This document shows positions 27,233 to 36,750 of a stretch of DNA of 64,000 bases, piece after piece. The position numbers and the translations under genes are program-made. This DNA comes from Ignavibacteriota bacterium (lineage in GTDB: Bacteria > Bacteroidota > Ignavibacteria > Palsa-1295): assembly GCA_963776895.1 (NCBI GenBank), contig CAVZOL010000009.1, forward strand, positions 324,147-388,146, read 5' to 3'. The notes under the pieces were generated by a model. It was not told the origin of the DNA. It saw only the letters and a program-made list of their open reading frames with translations, and made no database searches. How positions within the stretch are numbered: the stretch's first letter is position 1; each line of letters starts with the position of its first letter.

Positions 27233-29476
27233 TTATTCCTTCACAATTCGTTTCATTAGTGTCTGGGAATTTGATCCAGTTTGATTTACGGTTGCTCTCA
27301 CAATATAAGTCCCACTCGGAAGCCCGCCCGTTTCCCAATCATAGCTCCCATTGACCAGGAAATGATCTACTTCCCTACCCAGCACATCGAAAATCTCTAC
27401 ATCGGCGGATGGCGCGCCGGATAGAAGAATGGTCGTCACGCTCTCCACCGGACTTGGGTAGATCGAGAGTGAAACAGGCTCTGTTGAAGCGACTGAAACA
27501 GCCTCAGAGGACGGACAGTATGTGATCGTCTTCAAGGATATATTCCCAGCGCCGTCCACTAAGCTGATAGCAATGGAACCTTCCTTCAAAGAATCGATCA
27601 CGCAGGTTGTGAAGGAATCCTCCTTCATTCCGGGCGTGACCGGTTGCTTTAGCGCAAGGGTCATGTTAGTAGAGTCAATGAGAGAGATGTACGCAATACC
27701 CGCATCGTGCTGCAAACCTTCGATCACGGAATCCGTGACCGACCACTCACTGCATTTGAACCCGCACGAGCTATCGCCGGCGGCATTCAGGTCATATCGA
27801 TTTAACAGCCAAAATTTAGGCGGCAGTGTGTCGGTAAACTCCGACCCGCAGCCCGCAAAACAGATAGAATCAAAGCTAATATTTCCCGCGCAATCGGTGA
27901 AGGTAAAATATACGCAGGACGCACCGGAGTCTATCTGCGTAACCGTAATGGGCACTTCCGATTTCGTGCATGGCGAGTGGGAACTGGTATCCACTTCAAT
28001 GGCATCCGCCTTTGGCGTTACGAACCAGGCTATGCTTTGCACTCCCTGATCGGTCGCACTATTGTCGAAAACGGTATCGGCATACGCAATAGGATTCCCA
28101 CAACGATTGGTGTCCCCGACGGCCACATGCCGCGAGTGCCGCGGCGGTGTCACGTCCTTCTCGGGACAATCAATGAAGATGGGGCAGGAAAAAAGTGCGC
28201 TGTAAGCACTGGGTACTCCTGTTGCAGAGATCTCGAACGTAAGGTCGTAGCTTGAATCGATCGAACAGTTTACAACCACGCCGGGCACAACGGTATCCTC
28301 CCACGAAATGACACCGGAAGATTCCGCCGGGATGGACATCGAGTGCGTCTGGGTATAGCCATTATTCGTTGTTGGCTTCGGAGAAACGATCTGGACAGGG
28401 CCGTTGGATTCATTCGTTCCGCTATTCGTAATGGAAAGCGTTCCGGAAGCTGAACTTGCTGACCCTCCATTCGGGTTCCATACGATAGCATCGACCGGAA
28501 AATGATTTGGCACGTACACGCTATCGTTTTGGTTCCAACGAATATGGGACGGATGCACCATAAAGAGATTAAGATTCCCAATCGCTACAGGCGTGCAGGA
28601 AGCCGACCCATAGCTTCCGCGTCCCAGTTCCACCGTTCCACCTGGATTCACATTGCTCGATGGCCATTCGATCAGCAGCGCTGCATCGGAATCTTTCAAT
28701 CCCGGCGTCGTGGGAAACCCCCAGGTCCATTGCTGGACCACCGTTTGCCAGTTCACATACGTAAATGCGTCAGGCTGCATCAGCCCCATCGGCTCTGGCG
28801 CGAGGCTATCGTTATTATATCCCATCGCGACCAGGGTAGGAAAATTGTTATTGGTCACGCCATCTAATGTTGCAATATAATAGGGTGGAATTGGAGAAGA
28901 AGATGGGAACGAACGCCAATCCGTGACATATCCATACCGTGTGGTAATCGGCGCATTATTATTCACATTACCGGGCGCTCCGAGATCGATATCGAGCAGG
29001 TACTGCGCCTGCACCGGCAGCGATTGAGTCTCCTCATTATGAATGCTGAATTTATACACGATCTGCCCCGACCCCGCATACGGGAACGCAACGGGATAAA
29101 TATCCTGAATGACCTCGAACACATCCGCAGTATCCACTTGCCAAACGGTCTCGATCGTATCCCCAATTTTACTGGTTACTCCGCCTGTGAGTTGGAAGGA
29201 AAATGGCGCAAGCCAGTCGGGATACGGATTGTTGGTGTAGTAAAACCCATTCACTGACACCGTAAGGTAGGACGTATAATCGGGATTTAAAATATATTGC
29301 GAATGATCCGTATTCGTATAATAACACCGCACCAATCCCGAACCATCGTTCGAAACATCCGCCTCGACATAGGCATTGCTGGTTACGACCTGCGCACGAG
29401 ACGTAATGGGAACGATCAGAAAGATCACGAACGCAAGTTTCCGTAACATTTTCCGATTCATTCCCAGTAATGGCAA
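27233..29476 (-). CDS. large secreted protein with T9SS C-terminal domain (paralog of the 29490 gene)
   Basis: 747 aa. Signal peptide, N-terminal region homologous to the 29490 gene (SRAQ..SN.YVEADVS.DG.GLV), and CTD nearly identical to those of the 25925 and 29490 genes. Confidence 0.7.
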   Translation of the reverse strand: MPLLGMNRKMLRKLAFVIFLIVPITSRAQVVTSNAYVEADVSNDGSGLVRCYYTNTDHSQYILNPDYTSYLTVSVNGFYYTNNPYPDWLAPFSFQLTGGVTSKIGDTIETVWQVDTADVFEVIQDIYPVAFPYAGSGQIVYKFSIHNEETQSLPVQAQYLLDIDLGAPGNVNNNAPITTRYGYVTDWRSFPSSSPIPPYYIATLDGVTNNNFPTLVAMGYNNDSLAPEPMGLMQPDAFTYVNWQTVVQQWTWGFPTTPGLKDSDAALLIEWPSSNVNPGGTVELGRGSYGSASCTPVAIGNLNLFMVHPSHIRWNQNDSVYVPNHFPVDAIVWNPNGGSASSASGTLSITNSGTNESNGPVQIVSPKPTTNNGYTQTHSMSIPAESSGVISWEDTVVPGVVVNCSIDSSYDLTFEISATGVPSAYSALFSCPIFIDCPEKDVTPPRHSRHVAVGDTNRCGNPIAYADTVFDNSATDQGVQSIAWFVTPKADAIEVDTSSHSPCTKSEVPITVTQIDSGASCVYFTFTDCAGNISFDSICFAGCGSEFTDTLPPKFWLLNRYDLNAAGDSSCGFKCSEWSVTDSVIEGLQHDAGIAYISLIDSTNMTLALKQPVTPGMKEDSFTTCVIDSLKEGSIAISLVDGAGNISLKTITYCPSSEAVSVASTEPVSLSIYPSPVESVTTILLSGAPSADVEIFDVLGREVDHFLVNGSYDWETGGLPSGTYIVRATVNQTGSNSQTLMKRIVKE

Positions 29477-29489
29477 ATTTTAAGCTCGT

Positions 29490-31679
29490 CTATTCCTTCA
29501 CAATGCGCTTCGTTATCGTTTGGGCATCGCTTGACCCATTAACAACAGCACGCACGAGATACGTCCCCGATGGCAGCGTAGCCGTTTGCCAATCATAGCT
29601 TTCATTCATCTGGAAGTGATCGACTTCCCTGCCAAGCACATCGAAAATTTCAACATCGGCTGATGGCGCGCCGTCTGTAAAAATACTCACATCTCCAGAA
29701 GTGGGATTAGGAAATACGGAAAGCGTGAGTAGTGTTTGAGGCATAACTGGAATGGAAGCAGTATTTCCAAAGCATGTGTCAAACGCGTTTCCTGCAAGAT
29801 CGATGGCTGTAACACAAAAGCTCCCATTTCCAACGGTACCGAATGAAGCAATTCTCAATCCATGCACAGGCTCAGTGTCAAGACCAATACTGATATTTTT
29901 CACATTCGTGAAATAGGCAGTATCCAGTCCCCGATCCCATGCTTGCGTATCCGAAACTTGATAGAAACAAGGAGTTCCTGCTGAATCGTTACAATATAAC
30001 AGATGAACGAGTGGAGCATGGGTATCCGGTATCGTGCAATACTCATACTGTTCAATCGCAGAATTCCCAAGCGTATCGGTCACAATAATCGTCGCAGACC
30101 CATTCAACATGGAATCTATCACGCAGACATTGTAGAACGTAGAATCCGCACCTGCGTGGTTGGGAGCAACGGAGAGCATCATGTTCGTCAAGGTGTCAGC
30201 AACAACAGAGAGAACGGGAATTCGGACTGAGCCGGTATCGAACGCAACAACCTGGGTGCAGCGAGTATTGCATAAACTCCCATCATAGCTTCCCGTGCGG
30301 TTGAGCACGGTGGTAATCGGATTTGTATAAGATCTTTCCTGGCAATCGACCTCGATCGGGCACACATAGGTTCCATTCTGGCAGGAGATAGTTCCATCCA
30401 GACTGTCAGCAACCGAAAAAGCAATACTGTAGATAGAATCGGTCGAGCAATTTACCAAAACACCACTGAGAACGGAGTCCTCCCACGAAATGGAAGAAGC
30501 GCCCTTGCCACGGATATCCGATCCTCTCATACCATGCTGCTCTGTGATGCCGGTATATGAAGATGGTCGAGGAAAGACAATTCGGAGAGGGTCACCCGCC
30601 GAATCAGCCGGCTCCCTGATGGTCTGGGTGCCTGTCACGGAAAAGACTGTATCTGCACTCCAAACGATGCCATCGACCGGAAAATGATTCGGAACATACT
30701 CCGAACCATTCCATATAATGTGATCCGGATGTATCATCATCGCAGCGTGACCGCTTAAGCAAATTGGCGTACACATCGGGCTTCCATAGCTGAAACTGCC
30801 AATTGTTGATGCTACTCCGGAATCCCCCACAATGGTAGGCCATTGAAACAGCAATGCTTCATCGTTAACATAGGAGGAAGTTGGAAAACCCCAAGTCGAG
30901 TTCACCACGACATCCGGCCATGATACATACGCAAAGAGGGATGGCTCCATGAGTCCCATTGGCTCTGGTGCGAGGCTGTCGTTGCAATACCCCTCTGCCA
31001 TGAGGAATGGAAAACTCGCACTGTCCAAAGGCTCTAAGGTTGCAATAAAATATGGCGGAACGGAATTTGCTTGTGGATATGAAGTTGTAACATCAGACAG
31101 GTATCCATAGCGGGTGGTTACCGGAGCGCCATCGTTGGCCACTGCGTTCGAGGCAAGATCGACATCTAGCAGGTATTGCGCCTGAGCGATTAATGGCTCA
31201 TTCTGAAGATTCTTAATACTAAACTTACACACAACCTGACCGGAACCCGCGATCGGGAATTCTACAACATACACGTCCTGAATGATTTCGAACGCATTCG
31301 CACCCTGCGGTTCCCAAATCGTTTCGATCGTATCTTTGTTCGGCCCTTTGAAACTTGTTACTCCATCTTGAAGGTATCCATCCGGAGAACCTTTGGGAAA
31401 ATTTTCGAATCCGTGAAGAAGAAGATGCTGGTTGTTCGTATAGAAGATAGTATCGTTACCTTGATCAATAAGGACAGTTAGATACGATGTTCGGGACGAA
31501 TTAGTGATAGCAGTCGTGTATGATCCGGCTGGAGCAAAAAAAATAGTAACCAATCCCTGCCCGTCACCTGAAACGTCAGCCTCGACGAAGTTATTGCTCG
31601 CCACGAAAGTGGATTGCGCACGCGAGACGAGCGGTGCGATGATAAGGATAACGACGACAACCGAGAGTTTTCGAAGCAT
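29490..31679 (-). CDS. large secreted protein with T9SS C-terminal domain (paralog of the 27233 gene)
   Basis: 729 aa; same architecture and CTD (GAPSADVEIFDVLGREVDHFQMNESYDWQTATLPSGTYLVRA…KRIVKE). Confidence 0.7.
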   Translation of the reverse strand: MLRKLSVVVVILIIAPLVSRAQSTFVASNNFVEADVSGDGQGLVTIFFAPAGSYTTAITNSSRTSYLTVLIDQGNDTIFYTNNQHLLLHGFENFPKGSPDGYLQDGVTSFKGPNKDTIETIWEPQGANAFEIIQDVYVVEFPIAGSGQVVCKFSIKNLQNEPLIAQAQYLLDVDLASNAVANDGAPVTTRYGYLSDVTTSYPQANSVPPYFIATLEPLDSASFPFLMAEGYCNDSLAPEPMGLMEPSLFAYVSWPDVVVNSTWGFPTSSYVNDEALLFQWPTIVGDSGVASTIGSFSYGSPMCTPICLSGHAAMMIHPDHIIWNGSEYVPNHFPVDGIVWSADTVFSVTGTQTIREPADSAGDPLRIVFPRPSSYTGITEQHGMRGSDIRGKGASSISWEDSVLSGVLVNCSTDSIYSIAFSVADSLDGTISCQNGTYVCPIEVDCQERSYTNPITTVLNRTGSYDGSLCNTRCTQVVAFDTGSVRIPVLSVVADTLTNMMLSVAPNHAGADSTFYNVCVIDSMLNGSATIIVTDTLGNSAIEQYEYCTIPDTHAPLVHLLYCNDSAGTPCFYQVSDTQAWDRGLDTAYFTNVKNISIGLDTEPVHGLRIASFGTVGNGSFCVTAIDLAGNAFDTCFGNTASIPVMPQTLLTLSVFPNPTSGDVSIFTDGAPSADVEIFDVLGREVDHFQMNESYDWQTATLPSGTYLVRAVVNGSSDAQTITKRIVKE

Positions 31680-31787
31680 AAGAGTTCTCCTTTTGAAGAA
31701 TGGTAAATTTCATAAAAAAGAACCGAAATGTGTCAGGATTGAATCCCGATTCATGCGGGGGGAATTACGCGAACTGCTACAGGGGAA

Positions 31788-33137
31788 TTACGCGAACTGT
31801 TGATAGATCAGATACGCGTTCAAGCCCGCAATAGCCGCAACGACAGCCCATGCAAGAACTTTCAGCCACAACCGGCTGGTAAACCCTCCCATAATTGCCT
31901 TATTATTGGTAAACATTACGAGCGGAATTGTAGCAAACGAAAGCTGCACGGATAGAACCACCTGTGAAAGTATGAGTAACTGGTAGATTGCATGGTTTTC
32001 AGCATCCACTCCGCCGCCTGTGTTCATTGCAATAACAACTGCGGCGGGAATGATAGCCAAACTTCGGGTAATGAGCCGCCGCAGCCAGGGACGCACCTTC
32101 ATTTGCAGAAATCCTTCCATCACCACTTGTCCTGCAAGCGTACCGGTGATCGTCGATGCCTGACCGGATGCCAATAACGCCACACCAAAAGCTAAACTCG
32201 CAAGGCTCGTACCAAGCAATGGAGTCAGCGTATAATACGCTTGCTGGATTTCAGTAACTATTTTTCCGCGCTCGAAAAAGACTGCTGCCGCCATGATGAG
32301 AATAGCCGCATTCACAAAAAATGCGAGATTAAGCGCAAAGATCGTATCGAACGCATTGTATCGCAGAGCGGAACGAATTTCCTTGAACGACCGCCCTACC
32401 CTCCTCGATTGCACAAGATGCGAATGCAAATAAAGATTATGTGGCATCACGGTCGCGCCTAAAATTCCAAGCGCAATATACAGGCTACTGTTCGTAAGCT
32501 TTGGTGTAACTAATCCATGCGCGATTTCCGGCCATGCAGGGTGCGAGAGATAGATCTCATAAAGATAACACACGCTCATGGTCCCGATAAGCGCGAGAAT
32601 AACCGCTTCAAGTAAACGCACACCACGGCTTTGAAGCAAGAGAATAATGAGCACATCGAACGCCGTAATAAGCACAGCCGGCAGCAGCGCAATATGAAAC
32701 AATAAATTGATGGCGATGGCGCTTCCCAATACTTCCGCCAGGTCGCACGCGACGATTGCAATTTCTGCAACGATCCAAAAGAATATTGCCGTTGGCTTCG
32801 AGAACCGTTCCCTGCACATCTGCGGCAGATCGCGTCCCGTAACGACACCTAATCGACTTGAAAGAATTTGAAGCAGAATTGCAACGAGATTACTCGCAAG
32901 GATCACCCAAAGCAAATCGTAATTGAAACGGGAACCGCCTTCGATATCCGTAGCCCAGTTACCCGGATCCATATAACCGATCGCCACCAGGAATGCCGGG
33001 CCTGAAAATGCAAATGTTCTGCGGAGTATGCCCCGCGATTTATGCGGTTCGATAAGCTGTGGCTCGGCCCAATCGAGATTGGGAGCTTTATGCACGATCG
33101 ATTCACCTTGCAAGCCTCTGGCGAAAGGATTCGTCAT
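31788..33137 (-). CDS. mntH: NRAMP-family divalent metal (Mn2+/Fe2+) transporter
   Basis: 449 aa; GPAFLVAIGYMDPGNWATDIEGGSRF and MPHNLYLHS are NRAMP consensus motifs. Confidence 0.9.
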   Translation of the reverse strand: MTNPFARGLQGESIVHKAPNLDWAEPQLIEPHKSRGILRRTFAFSGPAFLVAIGYMDPGNWATDIEGGSRFNYDLLWVILASNLVAILLQILSSRLGVVTGRDLPQMCRERFSKPTAIFFWIVAEIAIVACDLAEVLGSAIAINLLFHIALLPAVLITAFDVLIILLLQSRGVRLLEAVILALIGTMSVCYLYEIYLSHPAWPEIAHGLVTPKLTNSSLYIALGILGATVMPHNLYLHSHLVQSRRVGRSFKEIRSALRYNAFDTIFALNLAFFVNAAILIMAAAVFFERGKIVTEIQQAYYTLTPLLGTSLASLAFGVALLASGQASTITGTLAGQVVMEGFLQMKVRPWLRRLITRSLAIIPAAVVIAMNTGGGVDAENHAIYQLLILSQVVLSVQLSFATIPLVMFTNNKAIMGGFTSRLWLKVLAWAVVAAIAGLNAYLIYQQFA

Positions 33138-33787
33138 ACTACCCTTCCAAAGATTTGCGTCGCTGCTTCCGGAGCCAGCGAAACCGGCTCACCTTTGACC
33201 ACAAGGTTGAACGGCCCGCCAAACGGCTGCTGACCGTGAAATTCAATGGCCGCGCCCGGAAGAAGTTCCAGTTTCTCCGCATAGCGCAGCAATGCCGGGT
33301 CATCCTGCAACCGCGAAATGATGAGCGTTGAACCAATTTCTGCGGCACACAACGGAATCTCATTAATGCTTGGCATCCGGCCTTCCGCAGTCGGAATGGG
33401 GTCGCCATGCGGATCGAAATCCGGATGCCCGAGCTTTTCCGCAATCCTTTCTTCGAACAAGGGACTAATATGGTGTTCTAACCGTTCCGCTTCCGCATGA
33501 ACCTCGTCCCAATGATAACCAAGTTCCCGCACCAAAAAAAGCTCGATAAGCCGGTGCTTACGAATCGTTTGCAGCGCAGTGCGTTCGCCGAACGGCGTCA
33601 GATGAATACCCGACGCTGGATGCACGCGGATGAGCTTCAGTGCCGCTAATCTGCGAAGCATTTTGCTAACCGCCGGCGCACTGACGCCAACGCGCCGCGC
33701 AATATCGCGCGAGGAGATCTCACCCTGCGATTCCGCTTTGTAGATCGCTTTGATATAGTCTTCGATGGAGGGAGTATTCATATCCAT
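33134..33787 (-). CDS. mntR: DtxR/MntR-family metal-dependent transcriptional repressor with C-terminal FeoA/SH3-like domain
   Basis: 217 aa; N-terminal HTH (IEDYIKAIYKAESQGEISSRDIARRVGVSAPAVSKMLRRL), metal-site residues; in an operon with mntH. Confidence 0.85.
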   Translation of the reverse strand: MDMNTPSIEDYIKAIYKAESQGEISSRDIARRVGVSAPAVSKMLRRLAALKLIRVHPASGIHLTPFGERTALQTIRKHRLIELFLVRELGYHWDEVHAEAERLEHHISPLFEERIAEKLGHPDFDPHGDPIPTAEGRMPSINEIPLCAAEIGSTLIISRLQDDPALLRYAEKLELLPGAAIEFHGQQPFGGPFNLVVKGEPVSLAPEAATQIFGRVV

Positions 33788-33796
33788 TCGAATTAA

Positions 33797-33812
33797 CCTC
33801 GGTTAACATCAT
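33797..33812. promoter_or_regulatory. candidate MntR/DtxR operator palindrome TTAACCTCGGTTAA just upstream of mntR
   Basis: Near-perfect 14-bp palindrome whose arms (TTAACC/GGTTAA) resemble DtxR-box half-sites; about 10 nt from the mntR start. Confidence 0.4.
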
Positions 33813-33943
33813 CAGGTTCCGTCGGTAAATATCTTCGGCTTCTGAACTCGAATACCCGTATGCCGGAACGACAGACTTCACACCGCCGTTAAATGCCGCG
33901 CTTCGGCAAAAATGACATCGCAGACCGTTCCTTCGGTCTATTC

Positions 33944-34028
33944 GGAGAGGTGGCAGAGTGGTCGAATGCGGCAGTCTCGAAAACTGTTGTACCTTCGGGT
34001 ACCGTGAGTTCGAATCTCACCCTCTCCG
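33944..34028 (+). tRNA. tRNA-Ser (anticodon CGA)
   Basis: 7-bp acceptor stem GGAGAGG/CCTCTCC, anticodon loop CTCGAAA, long variable arm GTACCTTCGGGTAC, T-arm GTTCGAATC. Confidence 0.85.
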
Positions 34029-34066
34029 CTGCTGGCAAAAGATGAAAAGTGTCGTTCATTCACTCA

Positions 34067-34810
34067 CTACGTGGCAGGATAGAGCCTGCTATGTATCTCC
34101 TTTCTACGCTTACCGCTCCAGGAACCATGTATTCCGCTAACGACACCGATCAAGGCATACGACATTCCCGCAAATCCGATTAACTCGCCCGGTAATACAT
34201 TCGCCAGCGTCAGCGAAATCACACCGACGCAGCAGAACATGATCATCTCCCTCATCACATGCTTCGTATCCCAGATTTCGAGTTCCGTTAGCGCTAACTT
34301 CACGCGCGTACGATACGCATGATGATACATAAATCCAAAGACAGAAAAAACTGCGATATACCCTATTGCATAGATGGTAAACATCTGTGATATCTGATCG
34401 TAACTCGTGAACAAAGCGAGGGTCGCCGGACTCTTTGGCTCGATGATCGTCATCCATAGCGACACAAAAACGAATTTCAGCGGATATGTATAAAACAATA
34501 CCACAAACAACAGCACCATTGTAAGCACCATGGACTTCATATCCTGAAGATTGTATCGCCGGTAAAACTGATAGTGCAAGTACCACACGGCCATCAATTG
34601 CACAAAGCAGGCTGCAAATGGAACGAAATCTCGTAACTTAATCACGAGATCGTTATACGTTTTCGGAACTTCCGTCGAAACGATGAGCAGCGTAACCGCG
34701 AAGGCGAACACCGCATCGCTCAGCCCTTCAATGCGCGATATTTCTACGCCCCGCCACCGGAACCCTTCCCGCGCACCGAGCTTTTTCGAAGCCGCCTGTT
34801 TACTGAACAT
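34067..34810 (-). CDS. DUF1211/TMEM175-like membrane protein (putative K+ channel family)
   Basis: RIEGLSDAVFAFAVTLLI signature at the N-terminus plus multiple TM helices. Confidence 0.6.
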   Translation of the reverse strand: MFSKQAASKKLGAREGFRWRGVEISRIEGLSDAVFAFAVTLLIVSTEVPKTYNDLVIKLRDFVPFAACFVQLMAVWYLHYQFYRRYNLQDMKSMVLTMVLLFVVLFYTYPLKFVFVSLWMTIIEPKSPATLALFTSYDQISQMFTIYAIGYIAVFSVFGFMYHHAYRTRVKLALTELEIWDTKHVMREMIMFCCVGVISLTLANVLPGELIGFAGMSYALIGVVSGIHGSWSGKRRKEIHSRLYPAT

Positions 34811-34868
34811 ACATGAATAACCCTAAAAAATCCATCCTGAAAATCCGCGAAATCCTGTAAATCGCGGT

Positions 34869-35300
34869 TCAGGCCACCTTCATCCGCCGCGCCATTTCTT
34901 CCTCCGATACATCCTCAATATGCGTAGCGACCCACCAGGAATTCCCTGCCGAATCCTTCACTCCGCCGTGACGGTCGCCATAGAACTGATCCGCCGGTTC
35001 CATGATGCTCGTAGCGCCGGCTGCAAGCGCGCTGCGGTAAGCCGCATCGCAATCCGGGAGATAGAGATAGAACGACGCTGGCTGCGAGGGCCACTCCGGT
35101 GCCCTTGCACCCGCAAGCATCAGCATCGAATCCCCCACTTTTACTTCGGCATGCATCACGTTTCCATCGGGCGACCGCATCACAGACTTGCTCTCGGCCC
35201 CAAATGCTGAAATAAGAAAATTCATCACCTCTTCCACGCCATCGACCATAATGTATGGCGTGACCGTATGATGCTCTTTGGGAATATAGTTTACTGACAT
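34869..35300 (-). CDS. VOC (glyoxalase/bleomycin-resistance/PhnB-like) family protein
   Basis: 143 aa, paired beta-alpha-beta-beta-beta modules typical of VOC fold (HTVTPYIMV…HAEVKVGDSMLML…WWVATHIED). Confidence 0.6.
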   Translation of the reverse strand: MSVNYIPKEHHTVTPYIMVDGVEEVMNFLISAFGAESKSVMRSPDGNVMHAEVKVGDSMLMLAGARAPEWPSQPASFYLYLPDCDAAYRSALAAGATSIMEPADQFYGDRHGGVKDSAGNSWWVATHIEDVSEEEMARRMKVA

Positions 35301-35651
35301 ATTTTTCAGTTAGTTGTTTGTTAGAAATAGGTGCCTTTTATAAAAACGTCTGCCGCGGCGGATGCTTCATGAACTCTGCCCTAAATAAGCCGCGTTTGCC
35401 ATTTGTTCCTCAGGAAATAGGTGCCTATTAAACGCAATTGAATTGTCATTTAATGAACTATATTTTACTTTAAGTCAACCATTCATGAATTTATGCATCT
35501 TTCCCCATTCGTAATTCGTCATTCTTAAATCGTAATTGATACAGGGTGCCCATCAAAGCAATTACTAATATACGACATCCTCATACCAAAAGCAAGGAAT
35601 CTCAAAATTATTGTGAAAATTATCGAATAGGAAATGCGATCATAGCAGGTG

Positions 35652-35692
35652 ATTCGTGTAGTCACCGGGAGTATACTCTCGGTGACTACACG
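35652..35692. repeat. near-perfect 40-bp palindrome CGTGTAGTCACCGGGAGTATACTCTCGGTGACTACACG
   Basis: 13-bp arms exact, central GAGTATACTC itself palindromic; about 100 nt upstream of the duplicated segment. Confidence 0.7.
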
Positions 35693-35800
35693 AGTATAAC
35701 GCATGGGGTGGATTAATCGCTTCCTTATTTCAATCGTCATTTCGGGACTAATCCCCTATTCGCTCTCTGGCTTCAAAGTAAATAGATTCGTGTTAAATCT

Positions 35801-35920
35801 GGGAATGACATATCCAACCCGTCCGTTTCTAAGCCCCATGAAGATCACACGAATATTTCTTACCACTTTTCTATTTACCGTTGCGGCAACCGGCGCAATG
35901 GCACAAACGGGCGTGGAGCG
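35801..35920 (+). repeat. direct repeat copy 1 (about 97% identical to 36632..36750): truncated duplicate of the ankyrin gene 5' end
   Basis: GGGAATGACATATCCAACCCGTCCGTTTCTAAGCCCCATGAAGATCACACG…GGCGTGGA present twice, flanking the RHH-PIN cassette. Confidence 0.85.
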
Positions 35921-35997
35921 AAGCGCAATGCTGGGTAAGTGATTATGTTCGAGCTTCCCCTCGAACCCCCTCACCCTCCATTGCGTTAAAATAACTC

Positions 35998-36216
35998 ATG
36001 CAAGAAAGCATTACCATATCCATTCCGAAAGAGATTAAGCGGGCATTGGACCGGGAGCGCAAGGCAAAAGGGATTTCGCGCAGCGCGGTCGTTTCCGATG
36101 CATTGAAAAAATATCTCGCTCTCCGCGAGATCGCGGAACTCCGTCAGAAGATGATTCCCAAAGCGCGCGCGCAAGGCATCTATTCCGATGAGGACGTTTT
36201 CGCGCGCGTCTCGTGA
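35998..36216 (+). CDS. ribbon-helix-helix (CopG-like) antitoxin
   Basis: 72 aa; ITISIPKEIKRALDRERKAKGISRSAVVSDALKKYL is a canonical RHH motif; 4-nt overlap with the PIN gene. Confidence 0.7.
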   Translation: MQESITISIPKEIKRALDRERKAKGISRSAVVSDALKKYLALREIAELRQKMIPKARAQGIYSDEDVFARVS

Positions 36217-36611
36217 GAATTCTCTTCGATACGAATGTCCTGATCTCGGCCATCATTACTCCGGGCCTTTCGGCTGAAATTCTCGATCATTGTATCGTAA
36301 ATCATTCCGTTATCACCTCGGAATACATTCTTGAAGAGCTTCGTGAAAAGCTCGCGCTAAAATTCGATTACACTGATTCCGAGGCTTTAGCTGCAACACA
36401 TATCATTAGAAAACAATCGGTTGTGGTAATGCATGAAAACCTTCCCACACGCATATCCCGCGATCCAGATGACGATAACGTCCTTGCTGCTGCCGTAGCC
36501 GGAGTGTGCGATTTCATTGTAACAGGAGATAAAGATTTGCTCGTCCTAAAAGAATATCAAGGCATACCCATCTTCACGCCGAGAGCATTTAAGGATGTAA
36601 TGGGCTTTTGA
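36213..36611 (+). CDS. PIN-domain toxin (COG1569/TIGR00305-like)
   Basis: 132 aa; MRILFDTNVLISAII…, acidic residues at DTN, EEL, D(P)DDD, TGDKDL. Confidence 0.7.
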   Translation: MRILFDTNVLISAIITPGLSAEILDHCIVNHSVITSEYILEELREKLALKFDYTDSEALAATHIIRKQSVVVMHENLPTRISRDPDDDNVLAAAVAGVCDFIVTGDKDLLVLKEYQGIPIFTPRAFKDVMGF

Positions 36612-36631
36612 GTGGGAACAGACATTTTCGC

Positions 36632-36750
36632 GGGAATGACATATCCAACCCGTCCGTTTCTAAGCCCCATGAAGATCACACGAATATTTCTTACCACTTT
36701 TCTATTCACCGTTGCGGCAACCGGCGCGATGGCGCAAACGGGCGTGGATT
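36632..36750 (+). repeat. direct repeat copy 2 (5' end and signal-peptide region of the intact ankyrin gene)
   Basis: See copy 1. Confidence 0.85.

Noticed and set aside
35801-36750. Diversity-generating retroelement (template/variable repeat pair)
   Set aside because: The two roughly 120-bp copies differ at only 3 positions, not adenine-specific, there is no reverse transcriptase in the window, and the variable copy would be at the 5' signal-peptide end of the target gene rather than a C-terminal ligand-binding domain.
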